A stretch of 64,000 bases of DNA from a virus, in the IMG/VR virus record IMGVR_UViG_3300025362_000005, positions 26,241 through 90,240 of that record. The stretch is one strand, 5' to 3'. The notes under the pieces were generated by a model. The model made no database searches. It was not told the origin of the DNA and saw only the letters and a list, made by a program, of their open reading frames with translations. Positions 57,770-64,000 of this stretch are shown one piece after another (position 1 is the first letter of the stretch; every line of letters begins with the position of its first letter). Position numbers and translations under genes: made by a program.

Positions 57770-60700
57770 GTGATAACAGTTACTATACAGCCAAATCCCT
57801 TTAAACAAGAAAAGTTTGTACGACAGTATGATGTGGGGCAATCTATTGCTGAAATCTATGATGCACAGAATATGGATGTATGTATAGCGTCTTGTCTTAT
57901 TTTTATTAATGACATTTCTATTATCGATTACACACTTATACCAAAAGATGGGGATATTGTTGTTATAAAAGCGTTGCCTGAAGGTGAGGGAGATGGTGCT
58001 TTTATAGGTGGGCTTGCAGGAGCAGGGGCTATCCTTGGTATCGCCGCTACAGTACTTACTGGTGGTGCGGCACTATTTTGGATAGGGGGTATGGCACTAG
58101 TTGGTGGGCTTATCGGATTGGGTATAACTGCGGTTATACCTGATGAAGTTATAAAAGAGTACTCACTTACTGCAAAAACAAATGATAGTGAGCAACATAA
58201 AATTGTACCAGTATTATATGGAAAAAGTAAATTCACTCCGAGCTATGGGGGTAATGACTACACCACTAAGGTAGATACTGATGTGATTGTAGACGAAAAA
58301 GCGGTACAGGATACTTATTTACATCAGCTCTATGTATTAGGGTATCATCCCACTGTTATTGAAAACATAAAAATAGATGACAATGTGCTCGCGGAAACAA
58401 CTACTATCAGTGCAAGTGTTGCTTTTAATTCAGGTGGTACTATGACGGCTGTAGGTGCGTTTGACACAGCTTCTAAAATGTATGACAATGCTTATATATC
58501 TGTAGTAGGTAGTGTTGAGAACGACAGACAATACACCGTAGATTCTTTTACTGATGACGTATTAACCGTGACTCCGATTGAAGGGGCATCAATGTCTACT
58601 GAAGGGGCTGTAGCAGTTGTTATATCCTTTCTTATAGTAGATGGTGCTAATTGTGTATATGATGATGTAAATGTACAACTAGTAGCTGATGGTGTTTTAG
58701 GTACTGCCATCAATCCCACTAAAACAAATTATCCTTTTCAAACACGACAAACAAGCATAAATAAAGTATGTAGATATAATTCTTATCAGTACTACACTAC
58801 TCCTGACAATATAGCAAGTATTGATTTAGACATGGGTTTTCTGAGTGGGTTGGGGCGATTAAAAAGCAGTAGTAATGACAAACTGTTTAAAGTCAAGGTA
58901 CGGTTCACTATCGAAGCCAAACGTGCGGGGGATGATGATACTGCGTGGGTAGAAATATTACGTACAAAAAACTACAAAGGCGCAACAACAGAGCCTTACA
59001 CATTTACAGAAACCCTTGCTCTTGCTGACAAGTTTGGTGAAACTCGTGGGCAATATAGTATTCGTATAAATAAATTTAAAGTACAGTCTCAGTACATTAC
59101 TTGGTTGGGTGCAAAAAGTTGGAAAGAACTGAGCACAGGTAGCGAGGATGTAAAAGCAGGACTAGTGTTAGACACGCTTACCTTAATTTCTGCTAAAACC
59201 AACATGGTGGATGAAGATGGAGTTAAGATTTCTCCTATAGACACTACTATAGGTGCAGACTTATTGTTATTAGTATTGAAAATAAGAGCTACGAACCAAC
59301 TCAGCGGTGCAATAAACACATTAACGGTAGAAGGAAATCGTTGGATTAGTGATTATGATGCTGGCACCTCTACATGGATAGTACGTGAAACAAGCAATCC
59401 CGCATCTATATTTGTAGATGTACTTACCAACACTAAACTAGCACAGCATCCCACAACATACAACAGTATTTATTTTGATACCACAAGCATAGAAACGTGG
59501 CATGATTGGTGTGATGCCTCTTATGAAGCAACATACGGCACAACTACTCGTGATTTTCAATACATGTGCAATGGAGTACTTTTTGACAGCACTACGGTTG
59601 CAGACGAACTACAAAGAATAACAAGTGTAGGGCAGTCAACATATGGCTTAATTGATGGACGTTACCAAATACAGCAGTTAGTTGCTAAACCCACTCCTGT
59701 ACAAATGTTTACATCTCGTAATATAGTCAAAGACAGTTACAGTGCTACCCGTACTTTTAATGATATACCCGACAATGTACAAGTGAGTTTTGTAAATGAA
59801 TCCACAGGGTATTTAATTGATACCGTAAACACAAATAGCAGTCCCACCACAACACAGAGTATAAATTATCAATACGTGACAGATTATGGACAAGCATACG
59901 CTCTTGCTAAATTTGTAGAAAACAGCTTCCAAGCCCAAGTAGTGGGTTATCGTTTCAGTGCAGGTATAGATGCGTTAGTGGCTACAAAAGGTGATAGGGT
60001 GCTATTACAGCATGACGCTACCTTAACAGCCCTCAGTAGTGGACGCATTACTGCTTTAATAACAGATGCAGGTGGACTGCTTACAAGTATTACTGTGGAT
60101 GAACCCGTGTTAATGACAACCGGCACAGATTATGGAATCACTATTAGAACCCCTAGTAATTTATTAGATTATGATGTGGTTACAGATGACGGATACCAAA
60201 CTACTATAGATATTAAAGCGCCTTCTGATTACTCATCTTACACACCTCATGGAATAGCAGTAGGGGATTTATTCTCATACGGATTGACAGGTAGTGAAAC
60301 CGAAGACCTAGTTATTACAGATATTCAATATGATAGTCGTATGCAAGCAAATATTACCTGTGCGGCGTATATAGCATCTATTTATGATATAGCCTCAATA
60401 ACGGTTTACGAGTCAAAAACTACAAAAGCTAGTAGTGATCAAAGCAGATCGTTGAGTGTGCTTAATGATGTACACGCGAATGTAGATGAAACACTAGATA
60501 AAATAATAGCTGTACAAAACACACCTGATAAACAAATGTTTCAAACACGTCCATCCACTCCTTATAGCCAAGGAGATGTTTGGCTTCAAGGTGCGGGGAT
60601 GTATGACTGTGTTGTTGATAAAATAGATTCAGAGGTTTTTGCTCAATCTGATTGGCGAGCCCGTGCTACAAACACTTTTGAGGTGTTGAACAAAGATACT

Positions 60701-61717
60701 TTCAATGAACCCACACCGAGTCACAGATGGGCTATGGTGCCCGGTGATGCACTGCCTTATAATTTATTGACAACAACTACGCATTCAGTGACTTCCGGTG
60801 ATGGAACCAAGGCTAATTTCTTAATTGATGCCACTCCGGCTACAGCTTGGGATGGCACTACTACGCTAGAGGCAGTTACTGTTGAGGCTACGGGTGCATC
60901 GAATATTGTTACTAAAGGGAATTTTACAAGTGCCTACGCTGTTGGCAGGTACGCTTTGTCAGGTTACATGGGAATCACGTATACAAATTTGGTTGATACC
61001 CCAAGCGTACCCGTTACTCAAGATATCAATTTAACAGATACTGAAGTGTATGTCATTGCCTGCCATCGTGGAACTATTTCTGCCGCAGGATATGCGGGTA
61101 CAGCTAGTGAAGGTAGCCCTCTAACAATAACAGCTACTGCTACAGCGACGGTAGAATTCACAATATCCGCTGATTGCCTATTTCCAAGCGTAACGAACAC
61201 GTTATTTTTAGTACCGTATGTAGATGGAGTATTTGCAAATCATAGTGATAGTAGTATAACAGTATCGGGTACAACCCTGACTGTTACGACAAATATAGTA
61301 AATATTCCAAGTGATGCGTCCTACGGTGGCGTGTTTGCGGTTGTCGGCGACATTAATAATTATATTAGCGTTTATATGGCCTATAATGAGATTTACATTG
61401 ATATAATGGCTGATGGAAATCAAATTATAGATACTATAGCTACGGCAACAACAGGTACAGTTGTGTTTGAACTAGACTGGACAACAGGGGTAATCATTTC
61501 AGTTAATTATTCGCCCGCCGAATTCTTGGAGTACGGAGATATTTACGGCTGGGATGAGGGAGATGGGTCTATAAACGGCTATGGTTTCGATGATAGCTAC
61601 ATTGGTTATGGAGATGGAAATTTGAATTTTACAACTTTGCTTACAGCTCTCACGCTGGGCTTAGATTATGCAGGTACTAAATATTTTAATAATGTTGTTA
61701 GTGAAGTCGAGAACTAG
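57770..61717 (+). CDS. central tail/host-specificity protein (gpJ-like)
   Basis: VPVLYG, IRATNQLSG, SNPA, QMFT.RNI, GD.V..QHD; GTG 57770 after GAGGAG. Confidence 0.85.
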   Translation: MITVTIQPNPFKQEKFVRQYDVGQSIAEIYDAQNMDVCIASCLIFINDISIIDYTLIPKDGDIVVIKALPEGEGDGAFIGGLAGAGAILGIAATVLTGGAALFWIGGMALVGGLIGLGITAVIPDEVIKEYSLTAKTNDSEQHKIVPVLYGKSKFTPSYGGNDYTTKVDTDVIVDEKAVQDTYLHQLYVLGYHPTVIENIKIDDNVLAETTTISASVAFNSGGTMTAVGAFDTASKMYDNAYISVVGSVENDRQYTVDSFTDDVLTVTPIEGASMSTEGAVAVVISFLIVDGANCVYDDVNVQLVADGVLGTAINPTKTNYPFQTRQTSINKVCRYNSYQYYTTPDNIASIDLDMGFLSGLGRLKSSSNDKLFKVKVRFTIEAKRAGDDDTAWVEILRTKNYKGATTEPYTFTETLALADKFGETRGQYSIRINKFKVQSQYITWLGAKSWKELSTGSEDVKAGLVLDTLTLISAKTNMVDEDGVKISPIDTTIGADLLLLVLKIRATNQLSGAINTLTVEGNRWISDYDAGTSTWIVRETSNPASIFVDVLTNTKLAQHPTTYNSIYFDTTSIETWHDWCDASYEATYGTTTRDFQYMCNGVLFDSTTVADELQRITSVGQSTYGLIDGRYQIQQLVAKPTPVQMFTSRNIVKDSYSATRTFNDIPDNVQVSFVNESTGYLIDTVNTNSSPTTTQSINYQYVTDYGQAYALAKFVENSFQAQVVGYRFSAGIDALVATKGDRVLLQHDATLTALSSGRITALITDAGGLLTSITVDEPVLMTTGTDYGITIRTPSNLLDYDVVTDDGYQTTIDIKAPSDYSSYTPHGIAVGDLFSYGLTGSETEDLVITDIQYDSRMQANITCAAYIASIYDIASITVYESKTTKASSDQSRSLSVLNDVHANVDETLDKIIAVQNTPDKQMFQTRPSTPYSQGDVWLQGAGMYDCVVDKIDSEVFAQSDWRARATNTFEVLNKDTFNEPTPSHRWAMVPGDALPYNLLTTTTHSVTSGDGTKANFLIDATPATAWDGTTTLEAVTVEATGASNIVTKGNFTSAYAVGRYALSGYMGITYTNLVDTPSVPVTQDINLTDTEVYVIACHRGTISAAGYAGTASEGSPLTITATATATVEFTISADCLFPSVTNTLFLVPYVDGVFANHSDSSITVSGTTLTVTTNIVNIPSDASYGGVFAVVGDINNYISVYMAYNEIYIDIMADGNQIIDTIATATTGTVVFELDWTTGVIISVNYSPAEFLEYGDIYGWDEGDGSINGYGFDDSYIGYGDGNLNFTTLLTALTLGLDYAGTKYFNNVVSEVEN

Positions 61718-61725
61718 GAGATAAT

Positions 61726-62742
61726 ATGCATAAACTAGAACAAAGAATTCCTTTTGAAGTGGCTAAAAAACATGTTGATGACTTATTTTCTGCTACTGAA
61801 TTAGCGTGTATGTATCATGTTTCTGCACAGTATATTAGAACATTATTTGTGGGGTATGGGTTACGATTTAATCGTATGACAGATAAGAAACAGACTATAG
61901 CTCTTATGGGACGGCGATTTGGTAAATTACTTGTACTTAAACGTACAAAAACAGATAGTCCGTGTCTCTATTATGAGTGTATTTGTGATTGTGGTACTGT
62001 AAAGGCAATTAAATCATATCATTTACTAAATGGTAGTGTTACACATTGTGGCTGTAGTAGGGAGCCAAAACTCAAGCCACTTTTAGTGGAGGCGTATAGG
62101 AAGAGGGCACTAGTACATGTGGGAGAGAAATTAGGTAGACTTACTATTACTGGTATAGAACATGCTACTAATAAGGATGGGACAGGTAAGTGGAGTATGG
62201 TATGTCTGTGTGATTGTGGAGGTACTGTTTCTGTTGAGTATTATAAATTGAAATCAGGGTGGACTTCATCATGTGGTTGTATATTAAAAGAAATTATGAG
62301 TAAAAAAGGAGCACCTCCTTTAAGTATGTATGGGAATAAACGCAAATGGTATTTTATCCAAGATGGCAGAGAAGTGCGTTGTAGAAGTGGTTTTGAGGTG
62401 TTGTATGCAAATTATTTATCAGAAAATAATATTCCTTTTTTGTATGAGCCCACCACCTTTAAAATTACACCCACTTCTCGCTATACTCCTGATTTTTATA
62501 GAATAAAAGATAATACTTATGTTGAAATAAAAGGGGCGTTTTTAATAGGTAAAAACGGTATGGGACAAAAAGAAAAAATAGCTATTTTTAGAAAAACACA
62601 TAAGCTTGAATTGCTATTTTGGGATGACATTGTGTCTGTTTGTGAATTAAACCACAGATGCTATAAAACTTATTTCTGCCATGCAAAGAAAGCCAATATA
62701 TCAATAGAGCACTACCTAGCAAAGAAATTATATATATGTTAG
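61726..62742 (+). CDS. putative homing endonuclease: tandem Cys-rich DNA-binding repeats plus PD-(D/E)XK domain
   Basis: G.RFGKL..C.CDCG..L..G...CGC twice; RSGFE..YEP..YTPDF..VEIKG. Confidence 0.8.
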   Translation: MHKLEQRIPFEVAKKHVDDLFSATELACMYHVSAQYIRTLFVGYGLRFNRMTDKKQTIALMGRRFGKLLVLKRTKTDSPCLYYECICDCGTVKAIKSYHLLNGSVTHCGCSREPKLKPLLVEAYRKRALVHVGEKLGRLTITGIEHATNKDGTGKWSMVCLCDCGGTVSVEYYKLKSGWTSSCGCILKEIMSKKGAPPLSMYGNKRKWYFIQDGREVRCRSGFEVLYANYLSENNIPFLYEPTTFKITPTSRYTPDFYRIKDNTYVEIKGAFLIGKNGMGQKEKIAIFRKTHKLELLFWDDIVSVCELNHRCYKTYFCHAKKANISIEHYLAKKLYIC

Positions 62743-62761
62743 TGTACAGAGAGGTGATACA

Positions 62762-62947
62762 ATGAGCACAGTAGTGAGAAGTATAACAACAGAAAGTGTA
62801 TCTGTAGCAGGTATTACTTTTGATAATATGAGTACAATTTTTGGAACGGAACAAACCTACGGGTGGGACACGAGCGAATATGGTGTGGACAGTATAGCAT
62901 ACGGTTTCGTGTCATATGAACTTTCTGAGGGAGAACCAACAGTATGA
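62762..62947 (+). CDS. small tail-module protein
   Basis: GAGG RBS; YGWD..YGF motif. Confidence 0.6.
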   Translation: MSTVVRSITTESVSVAGITFDNMSTIFGTEQTYGWDTSEYGVDSIAYGFVSYELSEGEPTV

Positions 62948-63267
62948 TAAGCGATTTTACGAGAAAAACAACGGTCACTTTTGATGGAACGGTAACAGTA
63001 GATGGTGTAGCCACGGCTCTCTCAGTTCTCGATGTTGTTACCCTCATCGTAAAGACTAATTATGATGACACAGACGCAGAGGCTATAATAACAAAGGTAG
63101 CAACGCACTTAGAGGCAACAGGTGGTGTGAGGTTTTCATTAACAGTAGCTGATACTACAGTGGATGCAGGTGATTTTCATTCACAGATAAAATGGGTTCA
63201 TAATGAAACTGATGTGTATATATTAGAGACGACAAGAATCACCATTAGTAAAAGAATTTTTGATTAA
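62944..63267 (+). CDS. BppU-like fibre/baseplate adaptor
   Basis: VK...D.DA.A.I.K..G...F.LT..DT...G. Confidence 0.6.
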   Translation: MISDFTRKTTVTFDGTVTVDGVATALSVLDVVTLIVKTNYDDTDAEAIITKVATHLEATGGVRFSLTVADTTVDAGDFHSQIKWVHNETDVYILETTRITISKRIFD

Positions 63268-63310
63268 TATAAATAAGAACAGTAATTCGTTACTGTATAA
63301 GGAGCTATAG

Positions 63311-64000
63311 ATGATAAAAAAATATTCGGAGAACCCAACCGAGACTACAGTACCTACCCTAGCATCAACAGAATATATGGGGTATGAGACTGCCGCTGAT
63401 GGAATGACTAAAATAAAGGCATCTGTAATTGGTGCAAAGATAGTGCTAGATAATCTAATAAACAATGTAACCGCAGGTGGGACTAGTAAGGCACTTACAG
63501 CCGAGATGGGGTTGCAACTCGAAACAGAAACAATAGCACTCGCCACAGAACTAATCCGTGTATACGACAACACGCTAACACTTGTATCATTAGCAGTTAC
63601 AACTACTGACCCCGGTGGGCACTCCGCAAATCGAGCATGGATAGCCACAGAAGCTGGAACATATACTGATTTTGGTTCACTTGTATGTACTGTTGGTCAA
63701 ATCATAGTAGATGATGGAGCGGCTTATACAGCAAATGATGTAGACGCTAGGATTGTTGTTAATGAAGCAAATGTTGATATTCTCAAAGGGGTTGGCTGGA
63801 CGGATGAAACAGTCAAAGGGAATGCAGATGATATTTTAGACCTCGAAACACGCATAACAGCAATAGAACAAACACTGCCGACACTTGGTATAAAATTTGA
63901 GTCACTTCCTGCTGTTACATCCGGCACTCGAATGGCAGGTGCATCAAGTTTGACATTCAGAGTTAACTCAGGCTCAATGGATTTAGACGCTTACCCTGCA
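63311..64000 (+). CDS. tail fibre-like protein, truncated by window edge
   Basis: AAGGAG RBS, MIKKYSENP...INNVTAGGTSKALTAEMG fibre repeat; frame runs to the window end. Confidence 0.65.
   Translation, partial: MIKKYSENPTETTVPTLASTEYMGYETAADGMTKIKASVIGAKIVLDNLINNVTAGGTSKALTAEMGLQLETETIALATELIRVYDNTLTLVSLAVTTTDPGGHSANRAWIATEAGTYTDFGSLVCTVGQIIVDDGAAYTANDVDARIVVNEANVDILKGVGWTDETVKGNADDILDLETRITAIEQTLPTLGIKFESLPAVTSGTRMAGASSLTFRVNSGSMDLDAYPA

Noticed and set aside
63279-63296. UUCG hairpin as a terminator
   Set aside because: AT-rich 7-bp stem with no U-tract, directly before an RBS; function cannot be supported
1-64000. Stop-codon reassignment
   Set aside because: TAA, TAG and TGA all end well-supported genes, and core genes are unbroken in the standard code

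Overview
The window is part of an AT-rich tailed dsDNA phage genome (siphovirus-type tail, standard genetic code, strong GGAG ribosome binding sites) with two divergent arms. The left arm (1-27.6 kb, minus strand) holds early, replication and accessory genes: primase, SNF2 helicase, three winged-helix replication-initiator-like genes, PnuC/NadR NAD salvage, Thg1, Lar, HAD, pentapeptide and DnaJ proteins, and many small ORFs joined by repeated leaders. A repeat-rich non-coding switch lies at about 27.5-28.4 kb. The right arm (plus strand) holds a C5 methyltransferase, a terminase with two inteins, portal, scaffold, capsid, neck, two tail-tube paralogs, a frameshifted tail chaperone, a 2164-aa tape measure and the tail tip. 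The most striking element is a transposase-less, catalytically intact TnpB inserted in the tail-terminator gene. It is flanked by two 93-bp copies of that gene's 3' end that encode the same 30 residues but differ at 16 purely synonymous positions, and the second copy sits where the omegaRNA guide should be. This suggests an RNA-guided homing (gene-drive-like) cassette. Also notable are two C4/CI-like antisense RNA leaders, repeat-bounded early gene cassettes and a structured 31-nt-periodic RNA. All family calls come from motif recognition by eye; no database search was run.
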